From NCBI GenBank assembly GCA_028534125.1, contig CM052816.1, positions 68,016,001 through 68,080,000 on the forward strand: a stretch of DNA of 64,000 nucleotides, given 5' to 3'. The number at the start of each line of letters is the position of its first letter. The first letter of the stretch is position 1. The notes beneath the pieces are model-generated. The model was not told the origin of the DNA, ran no database searches, and saw nothing but the letters and a program-made list of their open reading frames with translations. Shown one piece after another: positions 25,661-39,063 of the stretch. The position numbers were made by a program, and so were the translations under genes. This DNA comes from Lama glama. Its lineage: Eukaryota.

Positions 25661-26683
25661 TCCAACAACACAGCTACAGCGCTATGTGTAATCATGGTTT
25701 ATATAGAGTATCAGAAAAATGCCATCTACTATTTCACATGATCACCTTCCTTTTCACAAAATACATTGAGACTAGCACCTCCAAAAGGGAGTGCTTTGTT
25801 CTCCTCTTACCAATAAAATAATGCCTTTTGCCTTAACAATTTATGCATGCCAGTGATACAAGTGGCTCCCACAAGATAAGACTAAATTCCTAAAATGTGG
25901 GCTGGTTGCAGAGTGGATTGCCTGGTGAATTCTACCCCCATGGAAGATCGTGTATCTGCATGTCTCCACCTCCCCTGTGGTCTGTTCAGACGTCATGTCT
26001 GAAGTGCAGGAAGCCAGCCCTTTGAGGCTCATTCCCAGAAATCCCTTTAGGCTAGTTGGTGCTAGTGGTTCCTAAAGACTACTTGAGTTTGAAATTTTGG
26101 AGAATCTTCCTGAGTCTTACACACAGCACTGCAGTAAGGCTAGAGTGGCGGAGGGTGGTGGTTTAGAGCCAGCATGGGGCAAAGCTGAAGTGGCCAGGAT
26201 AAGGTCATAGAGCATCAGAGTGAGTGCTGGAAATAGAATTCAGGACTAGCACTTTCCCCTCTGCAGGAAACTGCTTCCTTGTAACCTGGAACAGAGTTAG
26301 CTTGGGGTGAAGCAAAATTGACATCTTAAGAGATATATATATATATTTTTAATTTTCTTTCTTTTTGTTGGAATGTAAAGACAAACTCCTTGGCTGGATG
26401 ATAAATGTTTTCACTGCAGAGAGGCGCTGTGTAGCTCAATTCAGTTCCTCCCACCCTGAGATAGTCCCTTGCTCTGACCTTGACCTGAATGTTTAACAAA
26501 GCTTTGAAATGGAAGGCAAAATACTAGAAAAGACCAGCAAACAGAGAAAGAAAAGAATCATTCATGCAACATTGTGAAGAGCTCAGGTGTTTGATTACCA
26601 GGCTCTCCATTGTTGCTTGGATTCTAGCACATGGAAGGGGCAATCTTGGTTGGACTTTTTAAAAACAATATTACTATTATTTG

Positions 26684-26888
26684 ATTTGCAGACACTAACT
26701 ACTATATATAAAATAGATAAACAATAAGTTTATACTATATAACACAGGGAACTATATTCAATATCTCATAGTAACCTATCATGAAAAAGAATATATATAT
26801 GTATAAGTATGACTGAAACATTATGCTGTATACCAGAAATTGACACAACATTGTAAACTGACTTAATTAAAATTTAGAAATTAAAAAA
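26684..26888 (+). mobile_element. Young lineage-specific (camelid-type) L1 3' UTR, 5'-truncated, with TSD
   Basis: 'tttgcagacactaactactatatataaaatagataaacaa...cacagggaactatattcaatatct...gaaattgacacaacattgtaaactgac' plus A-tail; flanking repeats aaaaac(aa)tattact[a/g]ttatttg; tt|aaaa endonuclease site at 26660. Confidence 0.9.
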
Positions 26889-28371
26889 CTATTACTGTTA
26901 TTTGTGTAGAAAACATAAACAATCATTCCAGTGGAGGCTGGTAACGTTTTTTATTCCACAGGGCTGGTGAATATTAACTTCTAGTCGTTTAGTAGAAAAT
27001 GACAGATGTGGAGAAATCAGAAACAAGACAAGTTATATAAATAAAACTCCTACATGTGTGAAAAACAGTTGTTTTGGAGACAATACGACAGCTTTCTACT
27101 ACCTTGTCTTGGAATGGCCAAGGAAACTGTGTAATGGGTGTCTTTGTTCTTTTATTCATTCTTTGTCAGGCAGTGAATAGCTGTGATTCTCTGTGCTGTG
27201 GACAAAAACGACACAAGTTCATCTGTCCTCAGAGAACTTATGATGCCCAGGGAAGATTAAAAAGGAAAAGTACATCAACTTGAGACTCAGACATACCAGA
27301 GGCTACATGAGGGACTATAGGGCTGGGAAACTCTCTCCCTGAGTTTCTTTGTTGTGAGGGGGAAAGAGTCAGCAAGGGTGGGGTTTGTGCTCAGTCCTTG
27401 GGGATCCCTGGGCATGAGAGAGGAACAAAGAGGTCAAGCCAGTGGCTATTCTTCAGGCTTGGTATGTGGGATGGGAATGTGTTCTACCGGGAGAGGGCTC
27501 TCCAGCTTCCAGGAAATATGGAGGGATGACCTGCTCTGCAGTTCTGCATGGATTATGGTCAAGCTTTGATCCATGGGGAGAGCAGGTCACACATCAGGAG
27601 AGGTCACAGCCTGGGGAACACTTCCTAGGTGCTGGCTCCTCGGGTAGGGTCTCAGCATTGTCCATGGTACCAGGCAGCAGCAGTGGAGGCAGTGGGAGAG
27701 GTTCCAGAAGAGACCCCTTGATGGAGATCTAGAGCAGGAAAACAGCAGCACAGTGAACCCATATGGAATGCTGTGTATTGACTTTCCTCTGGGTAAGATT
27801 TGAAAGTGAGTCGAAATATGGGTGCCTGTAAATTCTGAGTATTGCAGTAGGATAAGCCCACTGTATCCATGGGCTGGTGAGGCCCAGTAAAGAATTATAT
27901 ACAGAAGACTATAATTTAAGGCAACATGAGAGAAACCATGGTAGGCTTTGCAGGCATGGATGGTTTAAGATCTCTTTGAATTCAGAGTCTGTCATGTTAT
28001 GAAACAAGAACTATGGAAAATCAAAGGGAAAAATCAGGGAAGAATTCATGTAGTGTATCAGACATCAATTCGATTACACACCTCTCCACATCCTCTCCTG
28101 TTTATGCAGACCCTCTGAGGCTCACCTCACTCTGGTTTCAGAGTTCTATATTGTATCACAATTGAAACACAAACAAACAGAAGCGTAAGTAATACTCCTC
28201 AATAATGATCAATATACTGAAAATTGATATGAAGTCAAAATACCATTATTGTCACAGAACTCTTAAAAAGTGTTTAGTCTTTATGTGGGAGATTGCAAAC
28301 ATAGATTTTGTTAATTTTCTTGAATATTAACTTCCTACTCTGAGATTATGCAAAGAGTTCTTCAGATTAGT

Positions 28372-28470
28372 AGCATAGTGTGAATGTACTTAACACTTAA
28401 TGAACTGTACACTTAAAAATGGTTATGGTGGTAAACTTTGTTATATATATTTTACCGTAATTTAAAAAAG
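28372..28470 (+). mobile_element. Old L1M extreme 3' end
   Basis: 'gtgaatgtacttaa...tgaactgtacacttaaaaatggtta...atatattttacc...aatttaaaaaa'. Confidence 0.8.
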
Positions 28471-28689
28471 AAAGGGAAAAAAGGGCAAGCTTGGAAGTTT
28501 CTCAACTAAGTAAAATACACCTAAATTTTTTTTCCTAAAAAAAAAAAAAACCAAAGATGACCCAAGTTATGCATTTTAGGAAGCCAAGCATACTTCTTTG
28601 TCACTGCCTTTTATTACATGATGAAGTGCATTTGCAGTTTTCATATTTTTCATGGACTGTTAGAAAGGTGCTTTGTTACCCTTTACTAC

Positions 28690-29606
28690 TGTGGTGGAGG
28701 CTGCTGGTGCTGACATGCAAGGTCCTCTTTTCTTCTTGGGTTCCCGATTGATGGCATTTCTCAATCCCTGTGCATCAGGTGGGCCTTGAGACTTGTTCTC
28801 ATCAGAGTGAACATGCCTCGCTTAAGAGCAGAGGCACCTTTCCCATACATTCTCTCTACTCCTCTGATGGCCAAATGGAGATGATTTCAAAGACTGAGAA
28901 GAAAGTGGGACTATAAGGAGGAATTACATGTCCATCAACAGATGGCTAGATAAAGAATTTGTGATATATTTATGTGATGGAATACTACTCAGCCATAAAA
29001 AAGAATAAAATAATGCCATTTGCAGCAACATGGATGAACCTGGAGATTATAATTCTAAGTGAAGTAAGTCAGAAAGAGAAAGAAAAATACCGTATTATAT
29101 CACTCAGATGTGGGATCTAAAAAAAGCAAAAACAAAAATAAAATTTTTTACTAAACAGAAACAGACTCACAGACATAGAAAATAAACTTATGGTTACCAG
29201 GGGAGAAAGGGGGTGAGAAGAGATAAATTGGGAGTTCAAGATTTTCAGATACTAACTACTGTATATAAAATAGATAAATGACAAGTTTATACTACATAGC
29301 ACAAGGAACTATATTCAATATCCTGTAATAACCTATAATGAAAAAAATGAAAAGGAATATATATATGTATGTGTATGACTGAAACATTATACTTTACACT
29401 AGAAATGGGCAGAACATTGTAAACTGTACTTTAATTTAAAAAAAAAAAAGAAGAAGAAATGAGCCTGGATCCCCAAGTGACTGTGTGGAACAGAGCTTTG
29501 CTGCAGTCTTGCATGGGACTGGGACAGGAATGAGAATAAACTTTTGTTGCATTAAGCCACTAGAATTTTACTCTTGTTTAGCAGTTAGCCTACTCTGACT
29601 AACACA
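28690..29606 (+). mobile_element. MLT1 (I/J-like) LTR split by a young L1 insertion
   Basis: 3' part 'gagcctggatccccaagtgactgtgtggaacagagc...aataaacttttgttgcattaagccact...ctgactaacaca'; the 5' part lies before 28925. Confidence 0.65.
28926..29449 (+). mobile_element. Young camelid-type L1 3' end (ORF2 C-terminus, 3' UTR, poly-A)
   Basis: 'atgtccatcaacagatg...ggaatactactcagccataaaaaagaat...gccatttgcagcaacatggatg' followed by the same 3' UTR as 26684-26888 and an A12 tail. Confidence 0.92.
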
Positions 29607-30269
29607 ACCATAAAAGGTATTACAGACCCAGGATGTATATTGATGTATCTGTAAGCTAAGAAAAGGTCAGGTAGGCAAGGGAAATGGAGATTACCTGTTT
29701 AATGATTCCCAGGTATAAGCATTTCATGTTGCTCATTAATCATGTGGCAAATATGCTTAAATAAACATAGACAGGCAGTTCCTGTTCAACAAACACCTCA
29801 AGGGAAAGGTGTTTTGTTGAGGCTTGGACCAGAATGTTAATGCCTCCCTTTGGGCCCAGCACAGCAGTTGCGACAGAAATCAAAGAAAAAGATTTCCCAG
29901 GGAAAGATGAAAATGCAACTTAAGGAAAGAGACTCAGGAGCCCCCAGTTACTTTCAGAATTCCTGTTCTCCCAAATCCTGGAGATTTAAGATTTTCTTTT
30001 ACATGGTGATCAATACTGACATCAGACAAAGGAAATTAAGGCCCTCTGGCTCTTAGGAGTTCCTCAAGCAGTATCCATCCAGTCCTGCTCCTGGTCCCAT
30101 CCCAGTTTTGGTTCTAAGTTCTTCACACGGACAATGTGTTGGAGACTGCATTCCTGCCTACTGACCCCAGCTCTGCAGCTCAGTACAAGCCGTCTGCCCT
30201 GCCCTAACTTTGAGGGAAGCCCTTGCTCTTGGCCCCCGTACAGTAGTATACTTTGGTCAATAGTACTGT

Positions 30270-31215
30270 CAATCTATTCACTTAAAATAAAATCCTTATC
30301 ATGCCTCTAAGGCTCTGCATGATCTGGTTTCTGTCCTTACTCTAACATCCTGAACTACCTCACCCCCTTACCACAGCTATGCTGATTTTTCAGTACCTGA
30401 ACAGGGCCTTCCAGCATGCTGTTTCCTGTGCCTGAAAATGCTCTTCTCCCTATTCTATTGCTATTCTAGTTCCTTCTCTTCTCTAGATCTCAGCCAAGAA
30501 GGCTCTTCCATGGAGGAGCCTTCTCTGACCCGTCCACCTAATGAAGTCATCTCAGCCCACCTCTTACACCGGTCACTGTGACAGCAGTGGCCTTGCCCAA
30601 GTGTCACCTGCCAGCACCTTGCCTCAGCTATTCCTGACTTTTGGTTTCTGCTCGAGGTTTCCTCTGATTCTGCAGTGGGAGCTTCACATGCACAGCCTGG
30701 GAATGGGAGGGAATTGATGACACATGACCCATGGGAGCTGCTGGGCCAGTGCTTCTCCCTTTAGTCCCTCAGGTGGACATTTTTGAGGCACATGCTATAT
30801 GGTTCCTGAGTGTCCCAATAGGATCCCCCATGGACCACAGCAGTGACCAACTTGAGACTATACCCTAATTTGGGGTTTTGCTCTTAATTTTTCTTTCTCT
30901 GTTCCCCACTCCTCTTCTCTAGGGTTGCTTCCCCAAATAAACTACCTGCATGCAATCCCATGCCAAGCTTTCCTTGGAGATCTTAGGTGATGAGAATCCC
31001 CTCCCTTATTTAATATCTTAGGATCTTCATTTCTCTTGTAGCACTTATCACAGCTTACATTAATTTTATTTATTTCTATGATTATTTTTTGTTCCATGCA
31101 ATTCTCATCTATACAATTAGATTTTTAACTCCATAGAACAGGAACTTAGTCATTTTCAACTGTCTGTATCCTCGGCTCCTAGTATGAAGTAAATATATAT
31201 TAAATGAATGAACAC
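30270..31215 (+). mobile_element. L2 fragment interrupted by an LTR16-like ERVL LTR (about 30577-30995)
   Basis: L2 'gggccttccagcatgctgtttcctgtgcctg...' and L2 3' end 'tagcacttatcac...ttaaatgaatgaa'; LTR16 'cttccccaaataaactacctgcatgcaatcc'. Confidence 0.65.
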
Positions 31216-31269
31216 ACCTCAAAATGTTATATTTTATTTTAAGAATAGCACTTGTATTCTTGGCACTGA

Positions 31270-31512
31270 GAGGCAATATGACATACTGTTAAGAGCATAT
31301 GATCTAGAGTCACACATTCTTGACTTAATTCCTAACTGCCATGTACGTAGTTCATAGCTCAGTGGCCTTGAGTCAGTTGCCTCACCATGCTGGTTATCAA
31401 CTTCCCCATCTGTAAAATGGGACAAATAGTACCTAGTGCATGGGATTGTTATGATGCTTAAATAAGTTATATATAAAGCACTCAGGACAGTGCCTAACAC
31501 ATAGTTAGGCAA
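31270..31512 (+). mobile_element. MIR SINE, near full length
   Basis: 'gaggcaatatg...gttaagagcat...ttccccatctgtaaaatggg...aaagcactcaggacagtgcctaacacatagt'. Confidence 0.88.
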
Positions 31513-33167
31513 TATACTTTATTTCTTTAATCTTCCCCTTTTCATAGTCCTTTGATGAAATTCAGACTTACACGGGTATAATATCCATTTTAGATCTTCC
31601 ATATTTGTCAGTCCTTCAGCTACATTTTCCAAGTATGCCTGGGTTGAATAATACCAGCCTACTGACCCATAGCCAAGAATCAAAGGACTTAGGGGTGTGG
31701 TACTTTAAACACTTCACATGTCTCTGGGTCCTCCTAAGAAGTGCTTTGAGAACATATTTAGATTAATCAAAAAGAGACAAAGACCAATGCTAATGTGCTC
31801 CATTTCTTATCTTTTAAGGGGTTTACTTCAGTATGATTACATTTTAAAGTCGTAAACGAGAATGATCACCAAGTGATAATCATGATCACAAGCTCCTAAG
31901 TGTTTTTTGAAATTATAATAACTGTTTAAACAATGATCAAATGTCAGTTTAAGAAACGCTGCTAGGGTGAGGGTTGAGAATAGATGCTGTTACTGATAAT
32001 GACTGCAGACCAAGGACTATTCATATTCCTGCCCTATCCCCTCCTAACTCATCAGGAGCAAGACCCTTCTTTTCCAGGTAGAAGGAACTCATGTCCCATC
32101 AACATTGGCTTTTTGTGGGTCACTCTGGCAAGAGAATTTGTACCTACCTCGGAGCTGAAGAATGTTAGTGCCTTGGTTCAAGCAAGCTGCTTTCTTACAG
32201 AGTCACTTCAGAGGAAGAGCAAAACCCACACAGCACTCTTCTGCTTGGGTCACAAGCCCCCCTTTTAAGTGACTTCTAGAAACTCTTAGTAAGTTCATTT
32301 ATCTCTTGGGAGAAAGAATTTACAGACAGTGAGTTCTAGTGCTCACAGTTTCAATCCAAGACAGAGACTGTGTGCCAGCCCATGGGATGCAGAGATGTGG
32401 ACGCCTAGATGTGGTTCTTGGGCTGCAGAAGGGAGGCAGTGCTGGATTCTCCTGTCATTGTTGCTTCGGCTTCCCCACCTGTAAAGGCGAGCATGCCTGA
32501 CTTCTTTCCTGACTTCCCTCTTAACTTGCTCTTCTGACTAGTCCTCACCCACATTAGAGCAGACAAGTGGCTAGAGCAGACAAGTGGCCAGTTCCCATGG
32601 GTCAGAGTTGGATAAGGCAGGTGGTAGGGTGCTATGACTCTAGGAAATAAGAGGGTGGTGGAGAGTGAGGGAGTCTATGTCTCAGAGTTTCCCTCTAACG
32701 CACTGTTGCAGCACAACATCGTAAAGAAAGAATACTGAAGTTGGGAGACCACTGAGGTGCCATGATGCATAGAAGAGAGACCTTGGCCCTGATTCTGCCA
32801 CTGACTAGCTTTGTAATCTTCTCCTCTATGAGTCTTTGTGTTTTGGAGATTGGACAAGAACTTTTTTAACTGGGGCAGTTGCTGATTCTAAGTGAGCCGA
32901 TTTTGAGCCCTTTGCTTTGTATGGTCTGGTTCTGCCCACATCTCGCTATCAGATGTAGGCAAAAGTCAGCAGGGAAGCTCATGTGGTAGCTTTTGCAATA
33001 AGAATCTGATTTTAGATGCTATTATTTTTTGAGCATATTAAACTAATATTTTAAGTCCACTATTTTTCAGTTGTTTTAGCCTAAAGGAATATGCAGTGGA
33101 TTTGTACTTAGCCTGGGACATGGCCTATGGTGTGGATGGATGAGCTCCATAAAAATCTCCTAAAATT

Positions 33168-33233
33168 ACACATGTGTGTACATATACATATATATGTGTG
33201 CAAATATGTATATAAATGTGCATATATGCATAT
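33168..33233. repeat. Mixed (CA/TA/TG) low-complexity microsatellite
   Basis: acacatgtgtgtacatatacatatatatgtgtgc...tatatgcatatg. Confidence 0.7.
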
Positions 33234-34119
33234 GGGTTTAAATAACATACCACTTTTTCAAAAGTTCCTTCATGCTGTTCCATGTGATTTCATTACAATA
33301 TGATTACATTTTGTTCTGTTCTGTTTATCTCTATTACTTTTGTGCCTCATTGCCATCCCTGTCCATATTGCTGCTCAAAGCAGAATTTTAAGAACACCTC
33401 AAGGTGTTTTTAAATGGAGCCAGTAAATAGCTTTAGCCGACACCTCCAGCACGGCATGGTGACACAAGCCAACACAAACAGGGAGTGGGAGGTTTGCTGA
33501 CAGCTCTGGGCACAGAGACCTCAGGACTGGTTTGGTGAGGCAGACTTGAAATCAAGCAGTGACTTGTGGAGGAACCAAAGAGGACTTAATCATGTGGTCT
33601 CCTGTACTGGCTCCCTGTGTGAGGAAAGGGAACTCTAGAAGAGGCTGAGCCGTCTTTTAGTCAAAGCAGAGGAAACATGCACAACCAACCAGGGCAGGAA
33701 AGCAAGTACATAGATGCTAACTCAGCTCCTCCCGTGTAGGGTCTCAGGCAGGGCTGGGTCCACCTGTCTTCTTTTGTGTTTGGTATCTGGGAGCCATAGC
33801 TAAAACTCCAACAGTATCCTGTGTATTAGTTAGGATACACATTGGGTCATTGTAATGACAAGATTCCCAAACACAGTGGCTTAAGTAAGAAAAGAGTGTT
33901 TCTTCCTTATGTATAAGCCCAATCCTGTCCAGGACTGGCTGTTACCTTACACTCTTGGGAACCCTGTTCATGTAAAGTGCCTTGCTCCACTCAATGCTGT
34001 TCATTTATCCTATTTAAAAATGAACCTATTCCACAGCCATACAGTGAGCCTAAAAATCTAAGAGAGTTTATGGAAAAACAAAGGAAGTAGAGAAGATCAA
34101 GTATGTATTGCAGAGGATA

Positions 34120-34795
34120 TTGGCAATATGGTGTAGAGGTTACATGGAACCTTACTGTATCGTTTTCCTCTGCCAATTGCTAGCCTGTGAGCTTGGGCGA
34201 GTTACTTAACCTCTCTGTGCCTAATTTATAAAAAGATAATAATATTACCTACTTTGTAGGTGTGTTGGAGGCTTCATGTATTAATGAGTTAATACATACA
34301 AAATGCTTCAGACAGTGCCTAGCCCATAGTTGTAACCCAACAGCAGACACTGTTGATGCTCTACTTTAATCCATTGGTACTCATCATTTTGTATACTTCA
34401 GATGGATTTTTACTGCAAGCATCTATGACTGCCTCTAGGCTTCCTCTGGCCTCTTGGGGTGTGTTCTGTTACATGCAGGGCAGACCATACATGCTGAAAA
34501 GTTAAAAGACAGCAAGGAGCCCTCAACCAGGAAGTTGAGCTGTCCTCAGTAGCGTTCTTGTCCCTTGAGTGAGGGACATGCAACTCTATGGCATGTTCTA
34601 CATTATTCCACAGAGTCCCCCAGGGTGACTCAGCCCTGGTTGCCCACATTAGCAACCTGTTGTTTAACATATTCTATATAACTTCCTTGCTTTCCCCACT
34701 CTCCTGGTCTTTCTGGCACAGCCACCCAAATTAACTACTTGCGTTCAGGATCAGCCTCTGGGAAATGCTAGCCAAAACACTCTCACATTACTACA
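34120..34795 (+). mobile_element. MIR with an LTR16-like LTR (about 34331-34779) inserted in its 3' end
   Basis: MIR 'ttgggcgagttacttaacctctctgtgcct...acagtgcctagcccatagt'; LTR 'tgtaacc...cccaaattaactacttgc...tctgggaaatgctagccaaaaca'. Confidence 0.7.
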
Positions 34796-35481
34796 CACTT
34801 CGGTCCAACCATGATGATCTTAGCATGCACTCTGATCCTGGCAGCCCTAGCTCTTCCCTTTTCCTGCACCCCTACCTCCTAGTGTTCCTCTTCTCCCTTT
34901 AACAATATTATCTGCACCAGGATGAGACAAATGCAGATTCCATGCCCTCAAACCCACCCCTTGCACTGATGTATGTAGAGTCCCATGAAAACCAGGCCAC
35001 ACAGGAAATGGAATATTGAAGCAAAGATAATTCAGTGTCTTTGGGGCTTGCTCTCCTGCCTAACTTCCTGCAGGCTTGTTCTGATTTCTCTTGGGGCCTG
35101 CACATATGGCATATTGCTTAGATTTGTGCCTGAGTTATGACTGTACTAAATCTGAGACATGGGGGAGGACCCAGGTACATAGCTCTATATCCTGTTGTGA
35201 TGGATAAGTATTCTCTTTCCATTTCCTCCCCCGGGGCAGGGAGAGGATGGAAGTGTTTTTCATGAAGACAGGAAATAACTTCACTACTACTTTGTAAGCT
35301 AGATGGAATTATCCTAAAAGAGCAGGTCCATGGGGGTGAGGAGAAAAGATATGTGGACTGGATTTTCAACAGAATGATTAAACAATAGTGCATTCTGTGG
35401 CCACACCCTGCTATTTTATAGGATGGAAAGAAATAACTTGGCAAAATAAAATCAATGTTGTCTTCTTTAAAATGAGCTATC

Positions 35482-36504
35482 TGTTGGGAAAACTGGACAG
35501 CAGCATGTAAATCAGTGAAGCCAGAGCACTCCCTTACACCATACACAAAAATAAACTCAAGATGGATCAAAGACTTAAACATAAGACAAGATACAATAAA
35601 CCTCCTAGAAGAAAATATAGGCAAAACATTATCTCACATACATCTCAAAACTGTTCTCCTAGGGCAATCTACCCAAGCAATATAAATAAAAGCAAAAATA
35701 AACAAATGACCTAATTAAACCTATAATTAAACTTATAAGCTTCTGCACAGCAAAGGAAACCATAAGTAAAACAAAACAACAACCTATGGAATGGGAGAAA
35801 ATTTTTGCAAATGATGAAACCGACAAAGGCTTGATCTCCAGAATATATAAGCAGCTCATACGACATAATAAGAAAAAAACAAACAACCCAATCCAAAAAT
35901 GGGCAGAAGACCTAAACAAGCAGTTTTTCAAGGAAGAATACAAATGATCAATAGGCACATGAAAAATGCTCAATATCACTAATTATCAGAAAGATGCAAA
36001 TCAAAACTACAATGAAGTATCACATCACATCAGTCAGAATGGCCATCATTCAAAACTCCACAAATGACAAATGCTGGAGAGGCTGTGGAGAAAAGGGAAC
36101 CCTTCTACACTGCTGTTGGGAATGCAGTTTGGTGCAGCCACTGTGGAAAACAGTATGGTGATTCCTCAAAAGGCTAGGAATAGACTTACCATATGACCCA
36201 GGAATCCCGCTCCTGGGCATATATCCAGAAGGAAGTCTACTTCAAAAAGACACCTGCACCCCAATGTTCATAGCAGCACTATTTACAACAGCCAAGACGT
36301 GGAAACAGCCTCAATATCCTTCACAGATGACTGGATAAAGAAGATGTGGTATATTTATATGTTGGAATACTACTCAGCCATAAAACCGACAATACAACGC
36401 CATTTGCAGCAACATAGATGTTCCTGGAGAATGTCATTCTAAGTGAAGTAAGCCAGAAAGAAAGAGAAAAATACCATGAGATCGCTTATATGTGGAATCT
36501 AAAA
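35482..36504 (+). mobile_element. Young L1, 5'-truncated; disabled ORF2 C-terminal region running into the gap
   Basis: Translates as [49 protein letters not shown] (L1 ORF2p); in-frame stops and a short tandem duplication (taattaaac) near 35712; same family as 28926-29449. Confidence 0.95.
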
Positions 36505-37004
36505 NNNNNNNNNNNNNNNNNNNNNNNNNNNNNNNNNNNNNNNNNNNNNNNNNNNNNNNNNNNNNNNNNNNNNNNNNNNNNNNNNNNNNNNNNNNNNNNN
36601 NNNNNNNNNNNNNNNNNNNNNNNNNNNNNNNNNNNNNNNNNNNNNNNNNNNNNNNNNNNNNNNNNNNNNNNNNNNNNNNNNNNNNNNNNNNNNNNNNNNN
36701 NNNNNNNNNNNNNNNNNNNNNNNNNNNNNNNNNNNNNNNNNNNNNNNNNNNNNNNNNNNNNNNNNNNNNNNNNNNNNNNNNNNNNNNNNNNNNNNNNNNN
36801 NNNNNNNNNNNNNNNNNNNNNNNNNNNNNNNNNNNNNNNNNNNNNNNNNNNNNNNNNNNNNNNNNNNNNNNNNNNNNNNNNNNNNNNNNNNNNNNNNNNN
36901 NNNNNNNNNNNNNNNNNNNNNNNNNNNNNNNNNNNNNNNNNNNNNNNNNNNNNNNNNNNNNNNNNNNNNNNNNNNNNNNNNNNNNNNNNNNNNNNNNNNN
37001 NNNN
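36505..37004. other. Assembly gap (exactly 500 N)
   Basis: N run beginning inside the L1 3' region. Confidence 1.
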
Positions 37005-37007
37005 TGA

Positions 37008-37200
37008 ATAACTACTATCTATTATGGCTCCATGATGTTCCAGAAGCTTTGTATATTTTATTTCTAATTCTCACCACAATCCTGCATGGTCAATATTACT
37101 ACGCCCATTTTACAGATGAGAAAATGAGGCTGAGAGGGCCAAGTAACTTTTCTGAAACTACAGATGGTTGTGTACATCTGTCTGATAGTAAAATCCGTAC
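37008..37200 (-). mobile_element. MIR SINE
   Basis: 'cccattttacagatgagaaaatgaggctgagagggccaagtaactt'. Confidence 0.85.
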
Positions 37201-39063
37201 CTTCCTGCCAAGTCAGACTCCTTTATTTGGTTGAGGGCTTTTTGTTTAAGTTATGAGATAATGGATAGTTTTCTAAATTTTTCTAAGTTTCTGTTTTTTA
37301 AAATATTGGAAGCACAGACTACTTTAATAATCATAAACATGGTTAACAAGGAAACAATGCAACCTTTATAAGTCGTTTAATCACTCTGAGCCTCAATAGC
37401 TATTGAATAAACAGTACTTATCTCTGCTCATTTTATAGGGCTGTATATCAAAATTAAAGTGAGATAGCAGATAACGTGTACAAAAGCCCTTTCAAGTTAT
37501 TAAGGGAAAGGTGCTTCAGTTTTTAACTGCTCCTTTCTTAATGTCTTAACTCAAAAAATTTATTTACTTCAGTTGTTTATGAGTTATCATTTTTACTTTA
37601 AATATTACAAGAATTGAAAACCTTCAATAAAATGAATGCTTTCTCACTTACACATTTTTAATGTCTGTCTCAGTTAAGAAATGAAGAGGGAGAAGTCATT
37701 GTTTTGCACAGTTGATATGGAAAACCTAACATAGGTCCAGCATTCTTTGGAAAAGGAAGTGGAAGGCTGCTGTATCAGATGTTTTGGAAAGGAAGTAACT
37801 GTGGTACAGGCTGGAAGTCCCAGATGGGAGCATTCCAAAAGCACTTTTATTGATTCTTGTTGGATATTCATGGAGTTGAAACTCTCTGTCTCTATTGATC
37901 ATATTCTGAGCCTGGAACACTGAGTGTGGGCGCACGCGCGTGCGTGTGTGTGTAGCATCGCCAGATCCTGGGCATTTATGGAGCCTTGCCTTCAGGGGTT
38001 GTTCACTCAGGACTCCCTCCAGGATGCCAGGCTCGTCCTAGATGACTCCTCCTGACAAAAGGGCAAGGTGCAGCTCATCCTCAAGGATTATTTCAGGTCC
38101 CTATGCACCTCACCAGTTTAATTTGGGCTTTGCCTCTGGGGCAACCTGGAAGCCCCTACAGAAAGTTAGGAGATGCAAACATCTTGTTCTTTCTGTACCC
38201 ATAGACACCCCCGAGCAGCTTCTGGGAAAGCCAGTAGAAATGTCTGGTTGGGGGCAGCTGCAGCTTGACTTTCCTGCGAAGTTCAAAGGGTTATTTGGTC
38301 AGTGACTCCCTCCTGCAGCCTGCTTTTGTGCAGCCACAATTCTAAATGTAGGACTGCCTGCCACCAGGTCCCTTAAAGGAAGGTGCCTTCAGAGCACAGT
38401 GCAGTTTGGGGAACTTTTTAAAAAGAAGTGACATTTTTCTTCTTTAATTGAGAGAAGATGTGACATAGAGTCAAACATCAGTAAATACACAGTTGGCTCC
38501 ATTAACATGATACAATTTGAGTCATGCTTTATATACTAAATAGTAGTTACCTCCCCAGCATAGATTGCATCTGTGAAGTAGGGTGCTTCAAGCTTGCCTA
38601 CTGGAAACTGGGTTCAGGGCCCTTTCTCTCTCAGCTGTAATAACATTCACTGTGATGTAAGTTCCACCAACAGCCTGGGAGGAAGTTTAGTTTGGCTGAT
38701 TTAAACTTAAAATAGGGAAAGAAAGTCTTGTTTTCTTGTTCTTCTAGATTAGGCTATAATTTTGAATTTAGTTGTTTTAGTCACCTGTACTTATTTATAG
38801 GTGGAGAATGCAATCTCACACATTGGCCACAATCCTTGGCAGACTCTGATAAGATCCTAGATGACCTAGGAGATGATTGTAAATTGTTTCCATGCCTGTA
38901 TTATTTCTTTTCTTATTGGACTCTTTCTCTATGTATAGCACTCGGTCTTATATGCAGAAATATGACCAAGTGACAGGTTTAAAAACTTGTGTAAAGAAGA
39001 TAATTTTTCAACAAACTAGAAAAATAATCTCCAACAATAAAAGAATGGTTGTATTTAAGAATG

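Noticed and set aside
35118..35979. 168-aa and 106-aa minus-strand ORFs
   Set aside because: Antisense frames of the L1 ORF2 fragment.
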